DNA of 64,000 nucleotides, taken from positions 1 to 64,000 of the IMG/VR virus record IMGVR_UViG_3300015360_000028, one strand, 5' to 3'. Shown here one piece after another: positions 18,226-26,946 of this stretch; the stretch's first letter is position 1; each line of letters begins with the position of its first letter. A program made the translations under genes and the position numbers. The stretch comes from a virus (taxonomy: Duplodnaviria > Heunggongvirae > Uroviricota > Caudoviricetes). The notes under the pieces were generated by a model, which worked only from the letters and a program-made list of their open reading frames with translations, made no database searches and was not told where the DNA came from.

Positions 18226-18310
18226 GCGGGTGTGGCGAAATTGGCAGACGCACTAGATTTAGGTTCTAACGAGCTTGCTCGTGGGGGTTCAAGTCCCTCC
18301 GCCCGTACCA
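18226..18310 (+). tRNA. tRNA-Leu (anticodon TAG)
   Basis: Acceptor gcgggtg/cgcccgt. Loop ttTAGgt. Variable hairpin cgagcttgctcg. T-arm gggggttcaagtccctc. CCA. Confidence 0.8.
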
Positions 18311-18319
18311 ATAATAAAT

Positions 18320-18407
18320 GCGATCGTGTATTGTAACGGTAGCCAAAATACGCTCAAAACGTATTGTCCGAAAGGGCGTGGGGGTTCAAGTCCCTCCGGT
18401 CGCACCA
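18320..18407 (+). tRNA. tRNA-Leu (anticodon CAA)
   Basis: Acceptor gcgatcg/cggtcgc. Anticodon stem aatacg/cgtatt with loop ctCAAaa. Variable hairpin. T-arm identical to the preceding tRNA-Leu. CCA. Confidence 0.8.
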
Positions 18408-18424
18408 TTTATTCATGAGCTCTT

Positions 18425-18658
18425 ATGAAATCTTTCACCATTTTAAAAGCCGGACGTATTTTTATGCTTTCCGGCGTTTCTTCTGATACTGCTACAATAA
18501 AGAATGAAATAGAGGCTGGAAGACATATGAAAGATATTAACAGCAGACCACGCAAAGTTCCCATCCACACCAGTCTGACTGAAATAATGGACAGCAGAGA
18601 GGCCGCGATGTATAGATTATATAATTGGGAAATTGTGCACGAAGACCTTCCAACATAA
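18425..18658 (+). CDS. hypothetical protein
   Basis: 77-aa ORF after the tRNA cluster. Confidence 0.35.
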   Translation: MKSFTILKAGRIFMLSGVSSDTATIKNEIEAGRHMKDINSRPRKVPIHTSLTEIMDSREAAMYRLYNWEIVHEDLPT

Positions 18659-19095
18659 AGGTGGATCTGTCATCATGAATATGAATGAAAAAGGTTTCAG
18701 TATGACAAAGGCGCATATCGAATTAGTCGGCAAGAGCGAACTCATGTATGGAAGAGGCACGTTCAATTGGATCTAGAAATAAAATTTAAAGACGTTCAAG
18801 TATTACTTCCTGTCTTTCTTTCACTTTCTACCTTGATGTCTTCAAACGAATGTGATAAAACACCATTGACTTATACTTCGTGGATTAGGGTTCCTGTTAA
18901 TGGTAGAAAACGAACTGACCAGGATAATGTAAGGAAGTGAGCTTGCTTTCCAGATCAGATTCAGAGCTAGATATAATCAGGCAGCATTTGAAAAAATGTA
19001 TGAGGAAGTAGATGCAAAGATTGATCGTGACGTGAGATATAGCTTTATAGCTTTAGTATTTGCAATTGTCGTTGGGATAGCTTGGATAGTGTCTA

Positions 19096-19413
19096 ATGGA
19101 TGAAGAAGGCGAAGAATTTTCAAATGCATTATCTCAAATAATGTTTATGAGCGAAACTCATTACCCGCGTACGTTCTTCGGTCTGCAGGCTGACGAAGAG
19201 AAGAATAAGGCAGATTATTTAAAGCTCAGAGAAACCATCATTAGGCTAGAAAAAAAGCTAGAGGAATATCGTCGAAGGAATGCTTTGAAAATGAAGATTG
19301 AGAAAATCTTCTTTAACACGATGAAAGTCTCTACAATTGTTTTTGCTTCGATTTTTGTCAGTATATTATCTATGATGATAATGAAAGCCTTAATTACACG
19401 GGTGTTGACCTGA
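19096..19413 (+). CDS. hypothetical membrane protein
   Basis: 105 aa with C-terminal TM helix. Confidence 0.4.
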   Translation: MDEEGEEFSNALSQIMFMSETHYPRTFFGLQADEEKNKADYLKLRETIIRLEKKLEEYRRRNALKMKIEKIFFNTMKVSTIVFASIFVSILSMMIMKALITRVLT

Positions 19414-19567
19414 ACAAAAGTTCCAAATTGATGGATTTCCCCGAAGAAACCTGGACCGAAAGGTTTACGTCCAATCTACAAAAAAGTGACGGCGTTGACA
19501 TTCTCATGCGCGATCTTTTCAAAATAGCAACACTAGCAGCAATGTTTATGGCTTTCATCTGCAGCAG

Positions 19568-19789
19568 GTGGCCAGGATGAGACCCCTATTTGAAACCGAT
19601 CTATATTATATTATGGCCATGACCGAAGAAGCATACGAAGATATCATGGGGTATTATCACAGTTACAATAAAGTCTTGGCTCAACAAGAAGAGCGAAGCA
19701 AAAAGCATAGACGTGATATATGGCGCACCGGCATAATTTTCATCAGTTTAATAGCTGGCACAATTCTTTTTGAGTTTTTATCTCTTTAA
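19568..19789 (+). CDS. hypothetical membrane protein
   Basis: 73 aa with C-terminal TM helix. Confidence 0.35.
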   Translation: MARMRPLFETDLYYIMAMTEEAYEDIMGYYHSYNKVLAQQEERSKKHRRDIWRTGIIFISLIAGTILFEFLSL

Positions 19790-19802
19790 CTATAGAATTA
19801 CC

Positions 19803-19831
19803 TTGACAACAGATTTCAAGATCAGTATAAT
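19803..19831 (+). promoter_or_regulatory. consensus sigma70 promoter TTGACA-N17-TATAAT driving the paralog array
   Basis: ttgaca at 19803-19808, tataat at 19826-19831. Confidence 0.65.
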
Positions 19832-19955
19832 TAGATCTTGGAAGGGCGCGAGTCGATAAGATGAGCGACGAAGAGCGAAGCGATTCGTGAGTATGTAAGT
19901 CGATTAACAGACGATTAAGTTAAAGAACTTGAAATGATACAAGATATAAAAACGT

Positions 19956-20049
19956 ACAGGCCGAACGAAGAGAGGACTGTACTCGAACGAAGAGAGAGAC
20001 TGTAGTGGGGAATTAATACACAGGCCGAACGAAGAGAGGACTGTAGTGG
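19956..20049 (+). repeat. three direct repeats of a 5'-UTR/RBS/start-codon segment
   Basis: 19956-19981 is identical to 20020-20045. A degenerate copy sits at 19982-20008. The last copy supplies GAGG plus the GTG start of the first paralog. Confidence 0.7.
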
Positions 20050-20393
20050 ATAAATTTTTTTATGATTTTATAATGGGCTCACCCGAAGCCGCCCGTTTCT
20101 TCCCTAATCATTGCTATCTCTCTAACACAGGCAAACGCTATTACGCTAGACAAACCGCGATGCAATATTATATCGGGGAAAATATACTTATCTGCCAGGA
20201 AATACTAGGGGATGCACCTATGCTGCCATGCACCGATGTGGTTGTTTCAATGGCAAAAAGATTGTTCAGCACAATCAATGGTTACGAATTCGTCCAAATA
20301 AGTGCTGGACGATTCACCACTGCCGTCCCAAATGAATATCTGGGAAGATGCATACATCGTGAAGTCATCTTCTCTGAAGAATTGCTAAGATGA
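20046..20393 (+). CDS. paralog family member 1 (IM-xPE-FFPG-YY family), GTG start
   Basis: N-terminal motif FIMGSPEAARFFPNHCYLSNTGKRYY is shared with the next six ORFs. Confidence 0.55.
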   Translation: MDKFFYDFIMGSPEAARFFPNHCYLSNTGKRYYARQTAMQYYIGENILICQEILGDAPMLPCTDVVVSMAKRLFSTINGYEFVQISAGRFTTAVPNEYLGRCIHREVIFSEELLR

Positions 20394-20692
20394 CAATCAG
20401 CACATATGAATTAATGTCGCTGGGTGAGTATGACGTATTGTTTCCCGGCTGCTGGTATAAGTCAGATCTGTTTGAATTCTATATTCATCCTTTGTGGGAA
20501 CAGCAATTTATACATTCAAATCATATCCTCATTGCTTCCTTGAAGAATTTTCATATGTATGATTTCTACTTTGATAAAATTTCTGGACATCAACATCAGC
20601 AAGAAAAATTAAGGCGCTTTCCCTTATTCTATCCTGTTCCACATGGCGAGAATCCAATTGTCATCAAACACAAGCATATGGTGGGAATGTGA
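20390..20692 (+). CDS. paralog family member 2
   Basis: ELMSLGEYDVLFPGCWYKSD; ATGA overlap with neighbour. Confidence 0.5.
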   Translation: MTISTYELMSLGEYDVLFPGCWYKSDLFEFYIHPLWEQQFIHSNHILIASLKNFHMYDFYFDKISGHQHQQEKLRRFPLFYPVPHGENPIVIKHKHMVGM

Positions 20693-21075
20693 AATACTTA
20701 GATGAAGTCATGCAGATGCCAGAGAGCATGGCGTTCTTCCCGGGAAGCTATTATATATCTTTTCAAAAAGGTATAGTCTACACCAGACCTCTCAGTTGTC
20801 AAGAATATATCAAAAAAGGTATATTGATTTGTGCCAAGAAACCTTATGGTGGAGACTGGTTCGCGAGTGAAGACTGCCATTATTGCCTCTATTCAGGAGA
20901 CCATTTGCGGGTTAAATATAATGCCTTCGATAGAATAGTGTCTTCGTGGGTCGATCTATACGCAAACAATGACAGATTAATTGGTGCTTCAATTTCAGGA
21001 TTGATGTTAAGCGATGCGGTTCACGTCATCGCACAACACACGAAGCTTCCAGAAGATTGGAGGATGCAATTATAG
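20689..21075 (+). CDS. paralog family member 3
   Basis: EVMQMPESMAFFPGSYYISFQKG. Confidence 0.55.
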   Translation: MKYLDEVMQMPESMAFFPGSYYISFQKGIVYTRPLSCQEYIKKGILICAKKPYGGDWFASEDCHYCLYSGDHLRVKYNAFDRIVSSWVDLYANNDRLIGASISGLMLSDAVHVIAQHTKLPEDWRMQL

Positions 21076-21112
21076 TAGATAAACCAGCAGCTCTTTTTTA
21101 TAAGGATTTGAA

Positions 21113-21439
21113 ATGACGTTTCTTTCGGATATTATGGGAGGGCCTGAGGGGAGTGGGTTCTTCCCTGGAACTTATTATTATGACCAAGCGGGATGCGTCC
21201 ACAAAGTATTGGGAATCCATAAGCAGAGATTTCTGAAGAGGCATAAAGTTTTAATTTCTCATCCCATAGCATTCAGAAAAATGGAAATGCATGTCATCTC
21301 GGTTGATACGTTTTGGAGTTGCTTTAATGGAGTCGCCGTCGATCCAGTCGCAATCACAGAAACAACGACAGAATTTTCTTTAGGTCATTCAAGAATTCAC
21401 TTGAATAGGATCTACGTTCCTGTTAAATATCCATGTTGA
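21113..21439 (+). CDS. paralog family member 4
   Basis: DIMGGPEGSGFFPGTYYYDQAG. Confidence 0.55.
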   Translation: MTFLSDIMGGPEGSGFFPGTYYYDQAGCVHKVLGIHKQRFLKRHKVLISHPIAFRKMEMHVISVDTFWSCFNGVAVDPVAITETTTEFSLGHSRIHLNRIYVPVKYPC

Positions 21440-21630
21440 CACCTTATGAAATCATGCCGATGCCTAACGGCAGAAATTTTTCCAAGGAAAGATGTATGTC
21501 TATCATAGAAGGCGTCTGGGAAGTCAGATGGATCCTGAGAAATACCTTCTTGTCACAGTAAGAACATATTGAAAGAAAGAAGAAACTGTAATATAATAGA
21601 GTTTCAAATCAATCAACAATAAGAAGATTA

Positions 21631-22014
21631 ATGTCAGCGACGTTGGAGCAGATCATGAGCCTGCCAGAAGAAACTAGATTTTTTCCAGGGCAATATTACA
21701 AATCAAACAAAGGTAAAGCCTACAGACTTAATTCTTTTTATCCTCCTCATCCCCCTGAAAGCATAGCTGCTAATGTAGCACATGGCCAAAGCATGACAAT
21801 CAGTGGCGCTGGCCGTAAATGCTATTGGAATATGGTAAATGGAAAAGAAATGAAACGAAAATTCAACTCAACAGGTGCGCGAACTTTCTTCTATAGTTAT
21901 ATTGAAAGAGGTTATGTTGGCAATGGTGTTGAAATTTTAGGAGAGGCAGCTCATCCCAATGACGTCTGGAGAGAAGATCAGAAAAAAATCGTTAGACTTG
22001 AGTACCCTCACTAG
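21631..22014 (+). CDS. paralog family member 5
   Basis: QIMSLPEETRFFPGQYYKSNKG. Confidence 0.55.
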   Translation: MSATLEQIMSLPEETRFFPGQYYKSNKGKAYRLNSFYPPHPPESIAANVAHGQSMTISGAGRKCYWNMVNGKEMKRKFNSTGARTFFYSYIERGYVGNGVEILGEAAHPNDVWREDQKKIVRLEYPH

Positions 22015-22300
22015 CGCTAATCTTGCAGATATAATGGCATGTCGCTCGAGCACGTTCATTTTTCCAGGGATGACATATTTTTCTTCAAGAGGCAACGAAT
22101 ATTACACCCTATTAATGAAAGAACAAATCTACTATAAGAGTAGAAATATATTTATTGCCGAGGGGGCCCATCTTTATGGTCAGTGCTTTTTCGATTCTAT
22201 TACAGGGAACCGTATGCAGCAGACTCTGATTCCAAATATTTGTTTTAAAGTCATGGTTTTTGGAGAGGCCGGAAGAGAGCACATAGGAGAGGGGTATTAA
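21959..22300 (+). CDS. paralog family member 6 (start uncertain: ATG 21959, TTG 21998 or ATG 22034)
   Basis: DIMACRSSTFIFPGMTYFSSRG. It shares the C-terminal FDSITGNR motif with member 7. Confidence 0.5.
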   Translation: MTSGEKIRKKSLDLSTLTSANLADIMACRSSTFIFPGMTYFSSRGNEYYTLLMKEQIYYKSRNIFIAEGAHLYGQCFFDSITGNRMQQTLIPNICFKVMVFGEAGREHIGEGY

Positions 22301-22303
22301 ACA

Positions 22304-22612
22304 TTGAGTAATCTATATTCGTTGATGGGTTGCCCCGAGTATCTTAGATTCATCCCTGGCCTCTGTTATGTCTCAGAAAGAGGATATGAGTATTATGTAT
22401 ATCAAATCGAGAAGCAATACCATTTGCCTCTCTTCGTACTAAAAACTAGAGTAGCAACCGGTATTGATAACGTCTTTTGGGATTCTATTACAGGGAAAAG
22501 GCTAGTCACAAACAAAGCAGCGACCTACTTTTCAGGCATGAAAATAGTCGACAAAGATTTTGATTGCTTAAAAGAGATTAGTAAAAATCAAGTTGATATT
22601 TTCGCCGATTAG
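22304..22612 (+). CDS. paralog family member 7, TTG start
   Basis: SLMGCPEYLRFIPGLCYVSERG and WDSITGKR. Confidence 0.5.
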   Translation: MSNLYSLMGCPEYLRFIPGLCYVSERGYEYYVYQIEKQYHLPLFVLKTRVATGIDNVFWDSITGKRLVTNKAATYFSGMKIVDKDFDCLKEISKNQVDIFAD

Positions 22613-22643
22613 TGTATATTTTAACTTTCAGGAGTATTGTTAA

Positions 22644-23345
22644 ATGTTCAGTCGCTATTTTTATGGTGGATCAGAGGCCTTTCAAGAAATGATCCTGGTC
22701 CTTTTTTTCTGTTTTATCGGCTTCTTTGTTTATGGTTATGGCCAGCATGTGTTCTTTGAATATACGCCATCGTGGCAGGAATACATTGCAGTCGTAACTG
22801 GATTTGCTTGCGTATGGTTGACTAGAACTGAAAACGTCTGGTGTTGGCCGCTTGGAATTATTTCAACCATTTTGCTAGGCTTTTACTTCCTCAAGATCAG
22901 TTTGTTCGGACAAGCAGGGCTTCAGTTGATCTATTTCACGCCAATTCAATTTTGGGGCTGGCATGTTTGGGTCAATGGCGGGGAAGCAAGAACGAACATT
23001 AAAATTTCAACATTGGGTGCCAAAGAATGGGTTGGGCTGTTCATTGCATATGTTATAGGCTTCTTAATTCTAAGAGGCGTTATTGAAAGCCAGTTTGCCT
23101 CGCCGCAAATGGTAGCGTGGGATGTGTCAGTCGTTGTGGCTTCAGTTATAGCGCAGATTCTACTGTCTTACAAAAAGATCGAGTCGTGGTACTGGTGGTT
23201 TTTGCCGGTGAACGTCTCAGCAATAGGTCTTTATTATGTCGTAGATTCTCCCATGACAGTGATATTGTATGTCGCATATCTGCTCAATTGTGGTTATGCA
23301 ATATACGAATGGAGAAAAGAATTTGCTAAACAGCAACAAAACTAG
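22644..23345 (+). CDS. pnuC: nicotinamide riboside transporter PnuC
   Basis: 233 aa, Trp-rich multi-TM protein. QFWGWHVW, WYWWFLPVNVSAIG and NCGYAIYEW resemble PnuC signature regions. Confidence 0.7.
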   Translation: MFSRYFYGGSEAFQEMILVLFFCFIGFFVYGYGQHVFFEYTPSWQEYIAVVTGFACVWLTRTENVWCWPLGIISTILLGFYFLKISLFGQAGLQLIYFTPIQFWGWHVWVNGGEARTNIKISTLGAKEWVGLFIAYVIGFLILRGVIESQFASPQMVAWDVSVVVASVIAQILLSYKKIESWYWWFLPVNVSAIGLYYVVDSPMTVILYVAYLLNCGYAIYEWRKEFAKQQQN

Positions 23346-24354
23346 CGGTCTACTAATCGGTAAATTCATGCCTCTTCACAAAGGGCATGAAAATCTGATT
23401 TCTTTTGCGGCTTCGATGTGTTCAGAATTGAGATTGATAGTCTGCACACAGCCAGGCGAACCTTGGGCAGATTTAAGGCAAGATTGGGTTTCATATTATT
23501 GTAAATCGCTCAACACCAGATGCAATATCTATGTAGCCCGCATCCATAAGAAGATGCCGCAGTTGCCAGAAGAATCGAAACAATTTTGGGAGTCGTGGCT
23601 TCATGAACTTAGATACTGGTCTGATGTTGACTATGTTTTCGCTGGTGAAGGATATGGCAAAGAATTAGCAGCTCAATTGAATGCTAAATTTTTGCCGATG
23701 AATGGCAACCGTGATGTTATCTATAACGTCTCAGCAACAGTGATTAGAGAAGATAGAGCAATCTATAGCTATCATCATGTTTCAAAATATGCTTTGAAGG
23801 ATTTGTGTTACAGGATTGCAATCGTTGGACCAGAAAGTTCAGGGAAGACAACCTTAGCACAAGAGCTTTGTCAAGCATTTGAAAAACGATATAAATTGCC
23901 GGTAATTCAATATGGAGAATATGCTCGGACATACCTTGAATATCATGGACCTGAAGTGAAATCTGATATGATGATTGATATACTCAATGGCAATAGAGCA
24001 GGATATGAGAACTCAAGAAACAATCCCGGCGTGATAAACATCTTCGACACAGATAGTTTAACGACTAAGATATGGTTTGAATTCTTTGATGGCAAGAGCA
24101 CATCACTTGCGGATGACTTTATAAATAAAGAAAAGTATGACTTGACACTTATGGTCAGAGACAACATACCATTTCAGCCAGATCCTATGCGATACGGCGG
24201 TGATAAGAGGCAGTTGTCTTTTGAACACTTTGCTTCGATCTATCAAAAATATAATAGAAAATTTACCGTGGTCGATCAGGAGGGTTCTTTGCATAATCGC
24301 ACAACGTTTGCAACTGATCTTATTACCAAGAAATATCTAGATAAGGCCTTCTGA
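23269..24354 (+). CDS. nadR: NadR-like bifunctional NMN adenylyltransferase / ribosylnicotinamide kinase (no HTH domain)
   Basis: The NMNAT motif is GKFMPLHKGH. A C-terminal kinase P-loop reads VGPESSGKTT. The likely real start is TTG 23323, which follows a GGAG RBS. Confidence 0.7.
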   Translation: MSHICSIVVMQYTNGEKNLLNSNKTSGLLIGKFMPLHKGHENLISFAASMCSELRLIVCTQPGEPWADLRQDWVSYYCKSLNTRCNIYVARIHKKMPQLPEESKQFWESWLHELRYWSDVDYVFAGEGYGKELAAQLNAKFLPMNGNRDVIYNVSATVIREDRAIYSYHHVSKYALKDLCYRIAIVGPESSGKTTLAQELCQAFEKRYKLPVIQYGEYARTYLEYHGPEVKSDMMIDILNGNRAGYENSRNNPGVINIFDTDSLTTKIWFEFFDGKSTSLADDFINKEKYDLTLMVRDNIPFQPDPMRYGGDKRQLSFEHFASIYQKYNRKFTVVDQEGSLHNRTTFATDLITKKYLDKAF

Positions 24355-24420
24355 GTAAGCTGGTTAATACGATGCCCCGACACGGCATAAGATTGGGTTC
24401 GATTCCCGAAGAAGACACCA
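24346..24420 (+). tRNA. tRNA-like element (Val GAC-like), weak D-arm, C at position 33; possible pseudo-tRNA
   Basis: Acceptor gccttct/agaagac has one mismatch. Anticodon stem atgcc/ggcat with loop ccGACac. T-arm ttgggttcgattcccga. CCA. It overlaps the nadR stop codon. Confidence 0.4.
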
Positions 24421-24581
24421 ATAAATGAGAGATAAAGAATGTACGTTTTAGCAATTATTATTCCAATCCTAAGTTCCACCTTTACAGCGTCTTATGATGA
24501 CTTGAAGACATGTGAAACTGTAAAGGTGAAGCTAGAAAACTTCGCTAAAACACAAGGCAAAGTCGTTATCAAAATCGGCGA

Positions 24582-25445
24582 TTGCACAAAAATATGACAG
24601 CAGACATAAGAGTCCAAGTCGGCAATCCAAACGTTCCAAGTGATTTGGAAAATTTTAAGATATCAAGAAGTGACACGTTGACACTCATCGCCGGCCCATG
24701 CCAAATGGAATCAAGAGATCATTGCTTTATGATCATCGACAAACTCTTGGAAGTGACACAGCATTATAAGGTTCCATTCGTGTTCAAAGCGTCGTTTGAT
24801 AAAGCAAACAGAACAAACATCTCAGGCGTTCGTGGTATGGGCTTAGAAAAGTCTATGGAAGTATTTCATGAAATAAAACAGAACTATAAGATCCCGACCA
24901 CAACCGACATCCATGAAGTTTATCATGTTGATGTGGTTAAGCCGGTAATTGACATCATCCAGATTCCTGCGTTTCTTTCTAGACAGACAGATCTTTTGAT
25001 TGAAGCTGCTAAGTCAGGAAGAGTTGTGAACGTGAAGAAAGGTCAGTTCCTTGCTCCTTGGGATATGAAGAACGTTGTTGAAAAGATAGTTGAGTCTGGA
25101 AACAATCGAGTTCTTCTAACTGAAAGAGGAGTGACATTCGGTTATAATTCTTTGGTGGTTGATATGAGATCACTTCAAATTATGGCAGAGATGCAAGTTC
25201 CTGTTATATTTGATGCAACACATTCAGTTCAATCTCCAGGCGGGAATGGAACCTCTTCTGGAGGTGAAAGGAAGTTTGTTCAAACATTAGCAAGGGCAGC
25301 AGTAGCAACTGGTCATGTTTCGGCGGTGTTTCTTGAGTGTCATCAAGATCCAGACAACGCACCATCAGATGGACCTAATATGCTTCATTTAGATAGCGTA
25401 GAAGATCTTCTAGAACAGCTCTTGGCAATTAAAGAAGCAACTTGA
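24582..25445 (+). CDS. kdsA: 3-deoxy-8-phosphooctulonate (KDO-8-P) synthase KdsA
   Basis: LIAGPCQMES, FKASFDKANRTN, IPAFLSRQTDL and VIFDATHSVQ match KdsA signatures. Confidence 0.8.
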   Translation: MHKNMTADIRVQVGNPNVPSDLENFKISRSDTLTLIAGPCQMESRDHCFMIIDKLLEVTQHYKVPFVFKASFDKANRTNISGVRGMGLEKSMEVFHEIKQNYKIPTTTDIHEVYHVDVVKPVIDIIQIPAFLSRQTDLLIEAAKSGRVVNVKKGQFLAPWDMKNVVEKIVESGNNRVLLTERGVTFGYNSLVVDMRSLQIMAEMQVPVIFDATHSVQSPGGNGTSSGGERKFVQTLARAAVATGHVSAVFLECHQDPDNAPSDGPNMLHLDSVEDLLEQLLAIKEAT

Positions 25446-25472
25446 CATTCATTCATTTTCAAGTTATAAATA
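25442..25472 (+). promoter_or_regulatory. promoter TTGACA-N17-TATAAATA
   Basis: ttgaca at 25442-25447 overlaps the kdsA stop. tataaata at 25465-25472. Confidence 0.6.
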
Positions 25473-25498
25473 ATGGTAGACAAAAAGGGTCCTACCAG

Positions 25499-26653
25499 AT
25501 GCAAAAGTTTACAGAATTTCTTAAAGAAGAGACAGAAGCCGACAAGATGATCGGCTTGGCCGCTTACATGAGAACGGTTCGTAGCTCAGCAGATACAGGA
25601 AGTTATGCAGCCGGAAGGTTGAGCGCCCATGCTCCCGTCCTTGATGAAAGAATTAAAGAACTCGACGACTACTTTTCGAAGAAGGAAATCTTCGCCGTTC
25701 AGTTGGGTGCAATCGCAGACACACTCAAAAGTTTCTACGAAGGTATTATGGACGGCATCATCAGCTCGGCGACATTCATCGATTGGATGCACACAGTTGA
25801 AGATCGCACAGCGCCAATTGACTTCGTCAATGAACTCTATTATGGAAACAGAACTTTAACCGGCGCAGCAGGTCAGCTGAAGCGAGTTGAAAAATGCCTT
25901 CAAAAGTTTCCACGTGAAGAGATACTTTTGAAGATCAAAGAATGCGCCGCGGTTGGTGTAATCATTAAAGAAAAGATCGACCGGATGAAGCCATTCGTAA
26001 AGAAGGGCAGAGTTCCAAATCAAAACGCCATACCTAAGTTCTTACCAACGTTCTCCCGCGATGCACATAAGCAGTGCGTTGTTATGTTCACGGCACAGAT
26101 TGAAAAGATCAGAGCCGAACATACCAAAGCAATTTATGATTTGTATGTAAGGCAAGCAGAGCCATTGATGAAGACTTGGATCGGGGTTGACCCCGAAGAA
26201 ATGAGAAAGCATTGGAAGCAGATCCAACCATTTCAAGATGTTTGGAATAACATTCGTAACAACGAAGGCTCTAGATCGTATTACGAACCGATTGAATTCC
26301 ATACTGATTGGCGCTCGAGATTGATGGCCAAAGTAAAGCGTGATGTTCAGATCGTTTACGATCGTTACATTCTTAAGAACGCAGGCAAACTTGCCGCGAT
26401 CATCGACAACAAAAAAGAGTCGCCAACAGTAGACGATAGAGTTTGGCGTAACGGCATCGTAATTGAAAGTTCAATGAAGATTTCATTTTCGGATGGATCT
26501 CATTTTACAATGAATAATAGCATTGAGTGGGCAGTTTCAACTAGAGGTACAGAGTTTGTTCGCTTGCCAACCAGGTTCTCAGAAGTTATTATGGCGGACG
26601 GCAATAGAATGTCGCAACCGTCAGAAGAAAAAATGAATAAAGAATTTAAATAA
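25499..26653 (+). CDS. hypothetical protein
   Basis: The track start at 25442 lies upstream of the promoter -10 element. ATG 25499 (MQKF) is the first start downstream of it. Confidence 0.45.
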   Translation: MQKFTEFLKEETEADKMIGLAAYMRTVRSSADTGSYAAGRLSAHAPVLDERIKELDDYFSKKEIFAVQLGAIADTLKSFYEGIMDGIISSATFIDWMHTVEDRTAPIDFVNELYYGNRTLTGAAGQLKRVEKCLQKFPREEILLKIKECAAVGVIIKEKIDRMKPFVKKGRVPNQNAIPKFLPTFSRDAHKQCVVMFTAQIEKIRAEHTKAIYDLYVRQAEPLMKTWIGVDPEEMRKHWKQIQPFQDVWNNIRNNEGSRSYYEPIEFHTDWRSRLMAKVKRDVQIVYDRYILKNAGKLAAIIDNKKESPTVDDRVWRNGIVIESSMKISFSDGSHFTMNNSIEWAVSTRGTEFVRLPTRFSEVIMADGNRMSQPSEEKMNKEFK

Positions 26654-26664
26654 GAAAGTGATTT

Positions 26665-26946
26665 ATGCAAAAAGTGAGAAGTCAGGTCTGTTATTTTGTC
26701 AGTCCTGCAAAAGAAGCCATCTACATAAATGGCATCCTAAAGGTTGAATCCTTTAGCATCCGTCAATGGCGGAACGTTTTCAAATATTTTGACATCGAAG
26801 CGATTGAGGTAGATACTTATGAGCGTGTCAGAAATTATCCACTGGCACTCTCCGATATTTACGATTCAAAAACTCGGGTTGTAAGAGTTAAAGACGAACA
26901 GAAATCAGTTACCTCTGGTGGGTATGTTGGAGCGCCGTGGCTTTAA
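26665..26946 (+). CDS. hypothetical protein
   Basis: 93-aa ORF. Confidence 0.35.
   Translation: MQKVRSQVCYFVSPAKEAIYINGILKVESFSIRQWRNVFKYFDIEAIEVDTYERVRNYPLALSDIYDSKTRVVRVKDEQKSVTSGGYVGAPWL

Noticed and set aside
19956-20049. CRISPR-like repeat array
   Set aside because: Only three copies with irregular spacing (25 and 39 nt) and partial degeneracy. The copies contain an RBS plus start codon and abut a tandem gene array. They are duplication scars, not CRISPR repeats.
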